Below, piece after piece: positions 19,772-29,897 of a DNA stretch of 64,000 bases. Below the pieces are notes generated by a model. The model was not told where the DNA came from and searched no databases. It was given only the letters and a program-made list of their open reading frames with translations. The DNA comes from Gammaproteobacteria bacterium TMED112. Lineage in GTDB: Bacteria > Pseudomonadota > Gammaproteobacteria > Magnimaribacterales > TMED112. Positions within the stretch are counted from its first letter, which is position 1. Each line of letters opens with the position of its first letter. Made by a program: the position numbers and the translations under genes. The stretch covers positions 52,714-116,713 of the forward strand of contig NHFN02000017.1 of assembly GCA_002170245.2 (NCBI GenBank). Reading direction: 5' to 3'.

Positions 19772-20355
19772 CTACTTTTTACGTAGTTTAATTCTTTTAT
19801 GTAATTCGGATAATTTGAGGAAAGCGCTTTGTTTTCTGGTTTTAAAACTAAATCAAGAATATTTTTAGAAATCTCTTCGAATTTCAACTCAACCATGTTT
19901 TCTAGGCATAGTTGATCATTTTCTAAGACTACGTAAGCTTTGCCTTTTGGAATTTGATCTAAGCTTTCACAATAATGATCACACTCTTCGTATCTATAAA
20001 AAAAATCGTTCTTGCTGCCTTTGATAATTGCTATCCTGTCAGGGAACTTATGTTGCAATGCTGTTAAATTTGAAAATGCAAAAAATTTTTTTTTAAGAAT
20101 TAAGCTCAAAGTGTCTAAGAATGTGAAGGCTAATCTGGCGCCTGTATACGATCCAGGCCCTGCGGCGTAGGCCATTTTTTCAATTTTATTAAATGTAAAT
20201 TCAGGGATATTTTCTTTTAACGTCGAGATCTTGTATTCCCAATCATTTCTTTTCTTCAAAGATTCTTCTTTAAAGTCAAAAAAATATCTCTTTTGAGCAT
20301 AATTCAAAGCAATAAAATGCCTGTCTGAAGTGAAATCTACGACAATGCTGTTCAA
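19768..20355 (-). CDS. tsaB: tRNA t6A biosynthesis protein TsaB (short)
   Basis: AAGPGSYTGARLAF motif, 195 aa. Confidence 0.78.
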   Translation of the reverse strand: MNSIVVDFTSDRHFIALNYAQKRYFFDFKEESLKKRNDWEYKISTLKENIPEFTFNKIEKMAYAAGPGSYTGARLAFTFLDTLSLILKKKFFAFSNLTALQHKFPDRIAIIKGSKNDFFYRYEECDHYCESLDQIPKGKAYVVLENDQLCLENMVELKFEEISKNILDLVLKPENKALSSNYPNYIKELNYVKSR

Positions 20356-20987
20356 CTTGAAATGCTTTGGCGAATTGAATCGGTTACTACATCAACTGAT
20401 TTAGATGCATCTATTTCAATAAATTTTAAATTTTTGTTTTTGTAAAATTCAAGTAATGGCTCTGTTTCATTGTAATAAACCGACAATCTCTTTTTAATTA
20501 CTTTAGGATTATCGTCTTCTCTATGTATTAATGCTTCGCCAGTAATATCATCAAAACCCTCTTTTTTAGGAGGATTATGCATTATGTGATAGGACCTACC
20601 AGATGCTAAATGAACTCTTCTCCCAGACATTCTTGAAATAATTTCCTCCTCTTTGATACTTAAATACAAGACCAAATCTATAGAAATATTGGCATTATCT
20701 AAAGCCTTTCCTTGATCAAGGTTTCTAGGGAATCCATCTAATAAAAAACCATCTAAACAGTCATCTTGTTGTATTCTTTCAACAAGCATTTCTACGATTA
20801 TTTCATTGGGAACAAGAGTTCCTGATGAGAGATACAATTGAACTTTTGTTGCAAGCTCACTCTTAGACCTGCTTACCTCTCTCATCATTGCGCCGGTCGA
20901 AATATTTGCGAGCCCAAAGTCCTTTTGAATAAATTCTGCTTGGGTTCCTTTACCCGCGCCTGGCATACCTAAAAGTATTAAGTTCAT
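20352..20987 (-). CDS. adk: adenylate kinase
   Basis: GMPGAGKGTQ P-loop and LLDGFPR. Confidence 0.97.
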   Translation of the reverse strand: MNLILLGMPGAGKGTQAEFIQKDFGLANISTGAMMREVSRSKSELATKVQLYLSSGTLVPNEIIVEMLVERIQQDDCLDGFLLDGFPRNLDQGKALDNANISIDLVLYLSIKEEEIISRMSGRRVHLASGRSYHIMHNPPKKEGFDDITGEALIHREDDNPKVIKKRLSVYYNETEPLLEFYKNKNLKFIEIDASKSVDVVTDSIRQSISS

Positions 20988-21340
20988 TTTTCTAAAACTA
21001 TAAATGACAAAGTATAACTATCAGTATTAGTGATTGATAGATGATGTTTAATGTTTTCTAATTTATGGTTGATTAATTCTGGCTTGCCAAGCTCATCTTT
21101 TTGCATGGAGATATCGGATGGGTAAATACCACGAAAACCGGTGCCAAAGGCTTTGACTAATGCTTCCTTAGCAGCAAACGATGAACACAAGAAATTTAAT
21201 TTTTGCGAACTTTTTAAATTAAAAAACTGAGATTTTTCATTAGCTGAGAGTATTTTGTTTACAAATCTATCTCCGTATTTTTCAAAAAGCTTTTTTACCC
21301 TAATATTGTTTACTAAATCAGTTCCAATGCCTAAAATCAT
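20984..21340 (-). CDS. acpS: holo-ACP synthase
   Basis: ILGIGTDL and FAAKEALVKAFG motifs. Confidence 0.9.
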   Translation of the reverse strand: MILGIGTDLVNNIRVKKLFEKYGDRFVNKILSANEKSQFFNLKSSQKLNFLCSSFAAKEALVKAFGTGFRGIYPSDISMQKDELGKPELINHKLENIKHHLSITNTDSYTLSFIVLEK

Positions 21341-22014
21341 TTAAAAAATATCCTGCTTTTAATGTTAAGTTCCTCAAAATAATAATCTATTGTAGCTCTG
21401 TTTATTTCCTTACACGCTTTTAGAGAATTTTTTGAGAATTTTCTTTTGATTATCTCTTTTAATATATTACCATCATATCCTTTCGCACTTTTAATAAATC
21501 CTGACTGTGGAGCGTATTTGTAACTCAGACCTTCAGTTATTGGCTCATTACTACCATACTCACTTAGAAAATTTATTTCATAACCCAGCTCACTCAAAAT
21601 TTTTAATTCAAAATCTCTTAAAATCTCCTCAACAGTATTTTTCTTTTTAAGGTTTGAAATGCACTTTTTATACAAATCAAATATTTCAATAGATTCGTCT
21701 GCTTGAGCAGTAAGATAATTAATTAATTCGTTTACATAGAAAGCTGAGTAAAGGTTTTCACTTCCAAAGAAATCTTCAAAAACTTCACAAGGTTCAGCAA
21801 GTATGAGCGACTTCAAATCAGATTTTCCGCGGTAATCAATATTCAAACATTGGAATGGCTCCAGATTACCAGAAAGACGAGAGTTTCTTCGTTTTGCTCC
21901 CTTCGCAACTGCAGTAATCTTGCCTTTATCTTTTGTAAGAAATGTAACAATTAGGCTTGTTTCTTTATAAGGTCTTGAATGTATTACATATGCTTTTTGC
22001 AAATTAGTAATCAT
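21337..22014 (-). CDS. recO: DNA repair protein RecO
   Basis: AYVIHSRPYKETSLIV..AKGAKR N-terminal OB-fold signature. Positioned after era. Confidence 0.85.
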   Translation of the reverse strand: MITNLQKAYVIHSRPYKETSLIVTFLTKDKGKITAVAKGAKRRNSRLSGNLEPFQCLNIDYRGKSDLKSLILAEPCEVFEDFFGSENLYSAFYVNELINYLTAQADESIEIFDLYKKCISNLKKKNTVEEILRDFELKILSELGYEINFLSEYGSNEPITEGLSYKYAPQSGFIKSAKGYDGNILKEIIKRKFSKNSLKACKEINRATIDYYFEELNIKSRIFFK

Positions 22015-22895
22015 TAATTTTTAATACCAAAGCTTTCTAGACTGATTGGGTTATTTACCCAATTTTTTTGAACTTTGCACCATAATTTAAGAAATACTTT
22101 TTTGTTCAATTTTTTTTCAAGATCGATTCTTGCTGTTGTACCAATAGATTTTAATTTCTCTCCATTTTTTCCAATAACAATGCTTTTTTGGCTTTGTTTT
22201 GATACATAGATATTTGCGTCAATCTCAAATGTATCTTTTTTTTCGTTTAATAGCTCAATTACAACAGCTGTCTCATAAGGAAGCTCGTCTCCTAACAAAC
22301 GAATAATCTTTTCCCTAATAATCTCGCTTATTTCAAACGTATTACTCTGAAATTCTATTTCTTTAGGATAAAAAAATTCATTCTTGGGCAGAGCTTCTTC
22401 AAGCTCCTTTTGGACAATATCTATACCATCATTATCTTTCGCAGAAATAGGTACAATCGAATAAAAATCTTCTTTATTGAAAGTATTTTCTACGAAAGAA
22501 AAAAGATCTTGTTTATTTTTTACAAGATCAATTTTATTGATCACAAGAATTTTTTTTGCTTGTGATTCGTTTGCAAGTTTAAGGCTTTCTTTATCGATTT
22601 CATCAAATTTAGTGCCAGAAACCATGAAAAGAATTACGTCTACATCATGAATGACTTCAGCAGGTTTTTTTCTAAGAACTTTATTGATAGTTTTTTCGCT
22701 TTTTTTATGAATGCCTGGGGTATCTATAAATATTATCTGTGTAGTTTTCAGGCTTTTAATAGCATAAATATTTGATCTAGTCGTTTGTGACTTATTTGCA
22801 GTAATTGAAACTTTTTTTCCTAAAAATTTATTTAAAAAGGTCGACTTACCAACATTAGTTTTACCAATTATGGTCACATAACCACACTTGCTCAT
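22014..22895 (-). CDS. era: GTPase Era
   Basis: GKTNVGKST, DTPG and NKID motifs, with a C-terminal KH domain. Confidence 0.96.
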   Translation of the reverse strand: MSKCGYVTIIGKTNVGKSTFLNKFLGKKVSITANKSQTTRSNIYAIKSLKTTQIIFIDTPGIHKKSEKTINKVLRKKPAEVIHDVDVILFMVSGTKFDEIDKESLKLANESQAKKILVINKIDLVKNKQDLFSFVENTFNKEDFYSIVPISAKDNDGIDIVQKELEEALPKNEFFYPKEIEFQSNTFEISEIIREKIIRLLGDELPYETAVVIELLNEKKDTFEIDANIYVSKQSQKSIVIGKNGEKLKSIGTTARIDLEKKLNKKVFLKLWCKVQKNWVNNPISLESFGIKN

Positions 22896-23797
22896 TACTT
22901 AATTTCTCCAGCCCTGTCCAAGCTTGGCCACCTACCAGGCTTCCATGACATCCATATATAGTCTGCTCTGCCCCATATTACATCTTCGCTTATGTATCCC
23001 CATGCACGACTGTCATTTGAATTATCTCTGTTGTCACCGCTAACAAAATACATTCCTTCTGGTATTACCCAGTTTCCATTTTGCCCTTTTCTTGCCATAT
23101 GTCTTATTAAGTAATTTTTTTCCCCATTTGATTCCATAAGCAAATTATTGTTTGTGCTTTGTTCAAACTGTTCTTGAGAGAGCATAATGCCATTAACATA
23201 GAAATTTTTATTTACATATGTGACAGTATCACCACCTTTAGCAATAACCCTTTTAACAAATGGTACTGTAGGTTTATGAGGCGGAAAAAATACAACAATT
23301 TCACCAATTTCTGGGCCTTTTGATAACACTTTTTCTCTCCCACTAAATGGAATTTCTAATCCATAAGCGTTCCTATTAACAAGTACGAAATCTCCTATCT
23401 CAAGATTAGGCCGCATTGATTCAGATGGAATCTGCCAAGGCTCGTAAATATAGCCTCTCAGAAAGAAAACTAAAAAGATATTTATAAACCAACCTCTGCT
23501 TTCTTTGATTATTTCATTTTTATGGTTGATTGAAGCTATAATCAAAATTACTAAGGAAAATGCAGAGTAGAAAGCAAGTAAATCTCCAATATTCCACTGT
23601 TTTACAAAAAGAATACCAATAATTAATACTGATAAAAACAGGGCTAGTCTTTGTAAATTTCTATGTAATTTTTTGCTAAAGTTATTTGTGGACATCATCC
23701 AGTACCAGTGAACAACAATCAAACAAATGCCTAAATTTAAGAATATAAAAATTGGTAAATTAGAAATTGGTTGAATTAGACTAAAGAAAGTGTTCAT
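22895..23797 (-). CDS. lepB: signal peptidase I
   Basis: PSESMRPNL (catalytic Ser) and [11 protein letters not shown] boxes. Confidence 0.93.
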   Translation of the reverse strand: MNTFFSLIQPISNLPIFIFLNLGICLIVVHWYWMMSTNNFSKKLHRNLQRLALFLSVLIIGILFVKQWNIGDLLAFYSAFSLVILIIASINHKNEIIKESRGWFINIFLVFFLRGYIYEPWQIPSESMRPNLEIGDFVLVNRNAYGLEIPFSGREKVLSKGPEIGEIVVFFPPHKPTVPFVKRVIAKGGDTVTYVNKNFYVNGIMLSQEQFEQSTNNNLLMESNGEKNYLIRHMARKGQNGNWVIPEGMYFVSGDNRDNSNDSRAWGYISEDVIWGRADYIWMSWKPGRWPSLDRAGEIK

Positions 23798-25581
23798 TTT
23801 TTGTCGGTGGAAAGAAAGCTTAAAAAAGCTTCTTGAGGTAAAGCAACTTTTCCTATTTGTTTCATTTTCTTTTTTCCTGCTTTCTGCTTTTCTAGTAGTT
23901 TTTTCTTTCTCGTAACATCGCCACCATATAGTTTAGCAGTAACATTCTTTCTGAAAGCTTTAACGCTCTCTCTAGCAATTATTTTGCTGCCTAACATAAT
24001 TTGAATAGGAATCTCGAACATTTGTCTTGGAATTACTTCTCGAAGTCGCTTAGCTATCTCTCTTCCTTTTCTTTCTGCTTGAGACCTATGCATAATAGAT
24101 GAAAGAGAATCAACAACCAGACCATTAATTGCGACATCTACTTTAACAAGATTAGCAGTTTGAAATCGATCGAATACGAAATCAACTGATGCATAGCCTT
24201 GACTTTTTGATTTAAGGATATCGAAAAAGTCCATAACTATTTCGGACAGAGGCATTTCAAAAATAATTGAAACTTGTCCACCGAGATACTGTAAATCTTT
24301 CTGCACTCCTCTTTTGGACATAGCCAGTTCTATTACATCACCTACATATTTATTTGGACAAAGTATAGTTGATCTGATTATTGGCTCTTTAATCTCTTGA
24401 ATCTCATTGACTGTTGGCAGTTCCGCTGGAGAGCTGATCATAGACTCTTCTCCATTAGTTCTTAGTATTTCGTAAGCAACACTTGGCGCTGTTGTTATCA
24501 GATTAAGATTATATTCTCTTTCTAGTCTTTCTTTTACTACTTCTAAATGCAATGTACCTAAAAAACCACATCTGAAGCCACTCCCCAAAATTTCTGAATT
24601 CTCAGGCTCAAAAGTAAGTGAGGCATCATTTAGATTAAGTTTTTGTAAGGCCTCTCTAAATGCTTGGTAATCATTTGAGTCAATTGGGAAGAAAGAGGCA
24701 AAAACCTGAGGTTTTACTTCCTCAAATCCTTCAAGTTCTTTTGTATCAGGATGTTTTGCAGATATTAATGTATCTCCAACTGGAACAGACTTAAGATCTT
24801 TAACGCTTGCAACCAAATAACCAACTTCACCTTCCATTAATTCGTTGCAAGAAACTTTTTTCGGTGTGAATTTTCCAATAGTATCTGCAGTGTATGTTTG
24901 GCCTGTTGACTTAACAATAAATTTCTCACCTTTCTTCAGGGAGCCACTAAAAATCCTGATTAATGAGATTACACCCAGAAAATTGTCGTACCAAGAATCA
25001 ATAATAAGTGCTTGCAAATTTTCTTCTGCGCTTTTCTTTGGTGGCGGCACTTTTTGTGATATCTGCCTCAACAGCTCATTTAAATTTGTTCCATCTTTTG
25101 CACTTACGAATAATGCTTCTGATGCATCAATACCAATAATCTCCTCAATTTCATTCTTTACTCTTTCTGGTTCTGCTTGAGGAAGGTCTATCTTATTAAT
25201 AACAGGTATAACTTCCAATCCAAGATCTAAAGCTTTGTAACAAGTTGATAGTGTTTGTGCTTCAACGCCTTGTGAACCATCAACAACTAAAAGTGCACCT
25301 TCACAAGCCGCAAGAGATCTAGAAACTTCGTATGAAAAATCTACATGGCCAGGCGTATCAATTAAATTAAACTGGTATTTTTCATTGTCAACATAATTTA
25401 GAGCAACAGATTGTGCTTTGATTGTTATACCTCTTTCTCTTTCTAGCTCAAGCGTATCTAGGACTTGAGATTTCATTTCTCTTTTTGATAGGCCGCCGCA
25501 AAACTCAATAATTCTATCGGACAGAGTAGACTTCCCATGATCAATATGGGCAATAATTGAGAAATTTCTTATATTATTCAA
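23794..25581 (-). CDS. lepA: elongation factor 4
   Basis: [17 protein letters not shown] and NKIDL motifs, plus the LepA C-terminal domain. Confidence 0.98.
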   Translation of the reverse strand: MNNIRNFSIIAHIDHGKSTLSDRIIEFCGGLSKREMKSQVLDTLELERERGITIKAQSVALNYVDNEKYQFNLIDTPGHVDFSYEVSRSLAACEGALLVVDGSQGVEAQTLSTCYKALDLGLEVIPVINKIDLPQAEPERVKNEIEEIIGIDASEALFVSAKDGTNLNELLRQISQKVPPPKKSAEENLQALIIDSWYDNFLGVISLIRIFSGSLKKGEKFIVKSTGQTYTADTIGKFTPKKVSCNELMEGEVGYLVASVKDLKSVPVGDTLISAKHPDTKELEGFEEVKPQVFASFFPIDSNDYQAFREALQKLNLNDASLTFEPENSEILGSGFRCGFLGTLHLEVVKERLEREYNLNLITTAPSVAYEILRTNGEESMISSPAELPTVNEIQEIKEPIIRSTILCPNKYVGDVIELAMSKRGVQKDLQYLGGQVSIIFEMPLSEIVMDFFDILKSKSQGYASVDFVFDRFQTANLVKVDVAINGLVVDSLSSIMHRSQAERKGREIAKRLREVIPRQMFEIPIQIMLGSKIIARESVKAFRKNVTAKLYGGDVTRKKKLLEKQKAGKKKMKQIGKVALPQEAFLSFLSTDKK

Positions 25582-26956
25582 CTGTTACTGCAACAAAAAA
25601 GTTGGAACCCTCTCTAGTTCCAAATATCGCTATTTTGTCACCTACAGCAAATGAATCAAGTGCATTAACGAAATCTTCAACATTTGAAATATCGTAAGCT
25701 ATGTTACCAGACTTAATTTTAGTAATTATATCGCCCCTCAGTATTTCGCCAAAAGCAGGAGAATTTGATGTTACTTGAATTACCCTAACCCCTAAATTCT
25801 CTTCAATTGAATCTTCATCAGCGAGATTTTCTAACTGTAATCCAAGAGGATAATCCGGTACTTCAGGTTCCTCAGTCTCTGGTTCTATTTGACTCAATGA
25901 AGGCAGCTCCCCAACTTTCACGTAAAGATTTTTATAATCTCCATCTCTAAAAAGACGAAGTTTTAAGTTTGTGTCTGGTTTAGTCATTCCAACTGTATGT
26001 TGTAAATCCTTAAAGTAAATTACGTCTTTAGAACCTACTTGAACTATAACATCTCCCGGTTTCACACCTCCAATATCAGCTGCACTTTCCTTTACAACTG
26101 CTCTTACTAGCGCTCCTATCGGTTTATTCATTCCAAGCGCCTCTGCTAAATCACTTGAAACTTCGCCGCCCTGCACACCCAAGTAACCTCTTGAGAATTT
26201 TCCATTTTCTTTGAGTTGCTCTACAACTTCTAAAGCAATATTTATCGGAATAGCAAAGGCTAAACCTTCATTCCCGCCTGATCTAGAAAATATTTGAGAA
26301 TTAATACCAATCACTTCGCCGTCTGTATTGAATAGCGGACCACCAGAATTTCCTCTATTTACCGCTGCATCTGTTTGCAAGTATGGAACATAATCTCCAA
26401 TGCCTTGACCGGATGTTATTCCTCTCCCGGTAGCACTAATAATGCCGAATGTTACTGAAAAGTCATAGTTGTACGGTGATCCAATTGCAATAACACCGTC
26501 TCCCTGTTCTACATTATCAGAATCACCTATTTCTACTGGATCAAGATCTTTAGATTCAATTTTTAGAAGAGCGAGGTCACTAAGCTCATCCATGCCAACA
26601 ATTTTTGCTCTAAATTCTCTTCTATCTAAAAATTTCACAAGAACTTCGTCAGCTCCTTGCACAACATGATAGTTTGTAATTACGTAACCATTTTCATCTA
26701 TGACAAAACCTGATCCTGTACTTATTGATTCTCTTTCTTGTTGTCTCGGTGTTTCCATCTCTGGAAAAGGAAAACCAAATTCTCTGAATAATTCTTCAGG
26801 AAAAGAATTCAAAGATCTTTGTGAAAGTTTTACTTTTCGAACAGATTGAATATTGACTACAGATTCAGATTGATCTTTAACGAGTTCAGAGAAATCAAAT
26901 TCATGTGCTTGAATGGTGAGAACAGCCAATTGCAAAACAAAAAAGAAATTTTTCAT
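25574..26956 (-). CDS. periplasmic serine endoprotease DegP/MucD family
   Basis: Signal peptide, TNYHVV and GNSGGPLFN trypsin-like motifs, and two PDZ-like regions. It follows rpoE and the anti-sigma gene, like Pseudomonas mucD. Confidence 0.92.
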   Translation of the reverse strand: MKNFFFVLQLAVLTIQAHEFDFSELVKDQSESVVNIQSVRKVKLSQRSLNSFPEELFREFGFPFPEMETPRQQERESISTGSGFVIDENGYVITNYHVVQGADEVLVKFLDRREFRAKIVGMDELSDLALLKIESKDLDPVEIGDSDNVEQGDGVIAIGSPYNYDFSVTFGIISATGRGITSGQGIGDYVPYLQTDAAVNRGNSGGPLFNTDGEVIGINSQIFSRSGGNEGLAFAIPINIALEVVEQLKENGKFSRGYLGVQGGEVSSDLAEALGMNKPIGALVRAVVKESAADIGGVKPGDVIVQVGSKDVIYFKDLQHTVGMTKPDTNLKLRLFRDGDYKNLYVKVGELPSLSQIEPETEEPEVPDYPLGLQLENLADEDSIEENLGVRVIQVTSNSPAFGEILRGDIITKIKSGNIAYDISNVEDFVNALDSFAVGDKIAIFGTREGSNFFVAVTVE

Positions 26957-26964
26957 AAGTTATC

Positions 26965-27702
26965 TTATTTACGAGTTTTTATTGAGTTAAGGATTTTTTT
27001 TCCAGATTCAACATCAATATCACCAAATATAGTGATTGTGTGAGGTTGATCATCATGAAGGTTTGTTCTCCTTATTAATATAAAATTTTCTTTTTGATAG
27101 ACACCGTCAGGGAGGTTGAAATTATTGGGTGCATCAATAAAGATTGAGAACTGCTTTTTATCAACTTTGTTAATAAATTTATTTTGTATTTTTCTATCAG
27201 AATTAAATCCACGAGGTAACCAGTTTGGCTGATAGGCTACCGGTACAATATTGCTTGAACTTTCTGGTACATAATGTCTAGATGCAAACTGTAAAATTTC
27301 ATCCGATTTTATGCTCTCTAAAATTTGTTTTGCTTCCAAGGATGCTATTGACTGATTTAAAAGCAAACTTGCCCTATTTTCTTGTTCGTTAGTATAAAGT
27401 GCATTATTTAAAATAGAGTAGCTCAATAAAGCACCAGCGGAGAATATTGTCATAGGTAAGATAACTCTTTGTGTAAATACAGCCAGCAAATCCTGCAAAG
27501 AAAGGCTCGATAACTTTTCTTTAAAACCCATAGGCTTGAGATTTAGAGAAACTTGACTCAGCTCGAGCAGATTGAAGTATAAGTCTTTTAATTCTGGTTT
27601 AGTTTGCATATCTGATATGAGGCAATTAACCTCGTCAGCATCTAACTCTCCATCTGTAAAAGCAGAAATCCTGCTGAAGTCATAATCTGAAATATTTTTC
27701 AT
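26965..27702 (-). CDS. anti-sigma-E factor with an RseA/MucA-like N-terminus and an RseB/MucB-C-like periplasmic domain
   Basis: ISAFTDGELDADE (RseA N-terminal motif), one TM, then NWLPRGF..FSIFID..ITIFGDID..KKILNSIK, resembling the C-terminal domain of RseB. 4-bp overlap with rpoE. Confidence 0.62.
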   Translation of the reverse strand: MKNISDYDFSRISAFTDGELDADEVNCLISDMQTKPELKDLYFNLLELSQVSLNLKPMGFKEKLSSLSLQDLLAVFTQRVILPMTIFSAGALLSYSILNNALYTNEQENRASLLLNQSIASLEAKQILESIKSDEILQFASRHYVPESSSNIVPVAYQPNWLPRGFNSDRKIQNKFINKVDKKQFSIFIDAPNNFNLPDGVYQKENFILIRRTNLHDDQPHTITIFGDIDVESGKKILNSIKTRK

Positions 27703-28238
27703 AATCTACCCTTTAAATTTTCAATTAAATATTGTCTTGCTCTGAATATTCTTGACCTGACTGTACCTACAGGCACTCCCGTTATATTTGCTATTTCATC
27801 ATAGTTTTTGGTATCTACCTCACAAAGAATATAAGCAGTCCTTTGCTCCTCTGGGAGTTCATTAAGTAATGATTGGACTGTTTCAAATACTTCAGTATTT
27901 TCAATTGAAGCTTCAACATTATTTGGAGAGGCCAATGTGCTCTCAAAACTTTCCTCTATTTGAGATTCCCTTGAAGATTTTATTTTTGTTAAAGCTAAAT
28001 TAAAACCAATTCTATATAACCAGGTGTAAAAACTAGAATTACCTTTGAAAGTCCCAATTTTCTCCCATGCTTTCATGAAAGCTTGCTGAACAATATCTTC
28101 CGTTTCATGGTAATTTCTTAAAACCTTGAATAAGGAATGATGCAGCCTTGTTTTAAACGATGTAAAGAGAACCTCAAAAGCGTTTGAGTCACCTTTTTGT
28201 GAAAGCTGGACTAACTGAGGGATACTATTTCTTTTCAT
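27699..28238 (-). CDS. rpoE: ECF sigma factor sigma-E/AlgU
   Basis: Region 2 (EDIVQQAFMKAW, FYTWLYRI) and region 4 (GTVRSRIFRAR). Confidence 0.9.
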   Translation of the reverse strand: MKRNSIPQLVQLSQKGDSNAFEVLFTSFKTRLHHSLFKVLRNYHETEDIVQQAFMKAWEKIGTFKGNSSFYTWLYRIGFNLALTKIKSSRESQIEESFESTLASPNNVEASIENTEVFETVQSLLNELPEEQRTAYILCEVDTKNYDEIANITGVPVGTVRSRIFRARQYLIENLKGRL

Positions 28239-28273
28239 TATTTATTTGATTAATAATTTTTTAATAAGTTCAT

Positions 28274-28507
28274 TTAATAAGCAAATTTTTTCAAATTGGG
28301 GTACTTCAAAATAAATACTTCTTTTTGTTTGAAAATTAGATCAAACAAATCTTGATCATTCAGCTCTAGTAAATCAAGTAGTTCCGATTTTTCTTCAGAG
28401 TTCATCCCATCAAAATTTTTCAAAAAATTTTTTACGACGAAGGTTGTTTCCTTCATCCCCCTTCTTGATTTAAAATTTAATTTTTTAATTAACAGATTAT
28501 CATTCAT
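28274..28507 (-). CDS. sdhE: FAD assembly factor SdhE
   Basis: 77 aa with SRRGMKE and LLELNDQDLFDLI motifs. Divergent from ygfZ, as in E. coli. Confidence 0.8.
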   Translation of the reverse strand: MNDNLLIKKLNFKSRRGMKETTFVVKNFLKNFDGMNSEEKSELLDLLELNDQDLFDLIFKQKEVFILKYPNLKKFAY

Positions 28508-29231
28508 GACAAAATTATATTCTCTCCCAAATTATACCTCTATAAAAGTAAAAGGAGCCGATTCTAAAGAATTTCTTCAAGGACAAATATCATGCGATGT
28601 TACACAACAACAAGAATGCTTTGACGGCTTATTTTGTAATGAAAAGGGGCACGTCATTACAAATTCTGTAGTCATTAAAAATGATGGGTTCGTAATTCTA
28701 TTGAGAAGAGATGTTGCACCCTTGTTGGTGAGTGAACTCGAAAAATTTTCTAAATTTTACGATTGCACCATAAAAATAGAGCATCAAGATATCTTTGGAA
28801 AACAAACAAATAATACTTTTACTAAACACATTGGAAAACCGAAGTCGAATTACGATGAAATGAACTGGAAAACAGACACAATGCTAAATTTTTGCTTCGA
28901 TATTGATGCTGATTATTCTGGAAAATATCGTTTAAATGAAATTGGCTATAATCCTGAAAAATTTGTTTCTTATGAAAAGGGCTGTTACAGAGGGCAAGAA
29001 ATAATTGCTCGTCTAAAATACTTAGGCAAAGCTACGAAAAAAGCTGTAATTTTTTCTGGTTCGCTGAATTATATTCTCAATAAATCTGGAAGAAAGATTG
29101 GGAAAAAAATTTTTTCAACTACTATAAAAGACTGTCAACAGACACATTTTTTTGTTGAAAAATCTGAATACTATTCAAATGATGAGAGGATTATTCCAAT
29201 TGCCAGTCAATGGGATCTAGATCAAGACTAA
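28506..29231 (+). CDS. ygfZ: folate-binding Fe-S cluster repair protein YgfZ (short)
   Basis: KGCYRGQEIIARLKYLGK signature and an N-terminal KVKGADSKEFLQGQISCDV motif. Confidence 0.8.
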   Translation: MTKLYSLPNYTSIKVKGADSKEFLQGQISCDVTQQQECFDGLFCNEKGHVITNSVVIKNDGFVILLRRDVAPLLVSELEKFSKFYDCTIKIEHQDIFGKQTNNTFTKHIGKPKSNYDEMNWKTDTMLNFCFDIDADYSGKYRLNEIGYNPEKFVSYEKGCYRGQEIIARLKYLGKATKKAVIFSGSLNYILNKSGRKIGKKIFSTTIKDCQQTHFFVEKSEYYSNDERIIPIASQWDLDQD

Positions 29232-29850
29232 CTAATAAATTATTCGTCTTGGAAAAATGGGCACAACCAAAAAAACCGCTATTGGCTGATAACGGTGAAG
29301 GATGCGCAGCCTCTAAAATAAAATTATCTTTATGAATAATGTCCTTTTTTTTCTGTGCGTGTTTTCCCCAAAGAAGAAAAATTATGTTTTTCTTTTTTTG
29401 AATTTCATCAATAACTGCGTTGGTAAAGTTTTCCCAACCAATATTTGAATGAGATGCAGGCAGCCCCGCACAAACAGAAAGAGAAGTATTCATTAACAAA
29501 ACTCCTTGTTTTGACCATGCTGTCAAATCTCCACAGGATTTCGTTATACCTAGGTCAGCCTCTAGTTCTTTAAAAATATTTACAAGTGAAGGAGGTAATT
29601 TTGTATTTCTATTCACAGAAAATGCAAGTCCATTTGGAATTCCTAGGGTATGGTAAGGATCTTGACCAATTATCACAACTTTTACTTTATTCTTTTCACA
29701 TAAATCGAATGCTCTGAAGAAATATTTTGGTTCTGGTAAAACGATTTTGCCGCTTGCATTATCTGCTATTAAGTGATCTTTTATCTTTTTAAAGTAAGGT
29801 TTTTTAGTCTCAAAATTTATGAAACTTTTCCATGTTTCATGATTGCTCAT
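29191..29850 (-). CDS. ung: uracil-DNA glycosylase
   Basis: GQDPYH, HPSPLSA and PPSL motifs. Confidence 0.96.
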   Translation of the reverse strand: MSNHETWKSFINFETKKPYFKKIKDHLIADNASGKIVLPEPKYFFRAFDLCEKNKVKVVIIGQDPYHTLGIPNGLAFSVNRNTKLPPSLVNIFKELEADLGITKSCGDLTAWSKQGVLLMNTSLSVCAGLPASHSNIGWENFTNAVIDEIQKKKNIIFLLWGKHAQKKKDIIHKDNFILEAAHPSPLSANSGFFGCAHFSKTNNLLVSLDLDPIDWQLE

Positions 29851-29874
29851 TTTTATTAAAATAACACATTTTTT

Positions 29875-29897
29875 TTATCCACAGAAACTGTGGATAA
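29875..29897. promoter_or_regulatory. inverted pair of perfect DnaA boxes
   Basis: TTATCCACA-GAAAC-TGTGGATAA. Both 9-mers equal the consensus TTATCCACA. The pair lies 25 nt upstream of the ung ATG. Confidence 0.5.
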
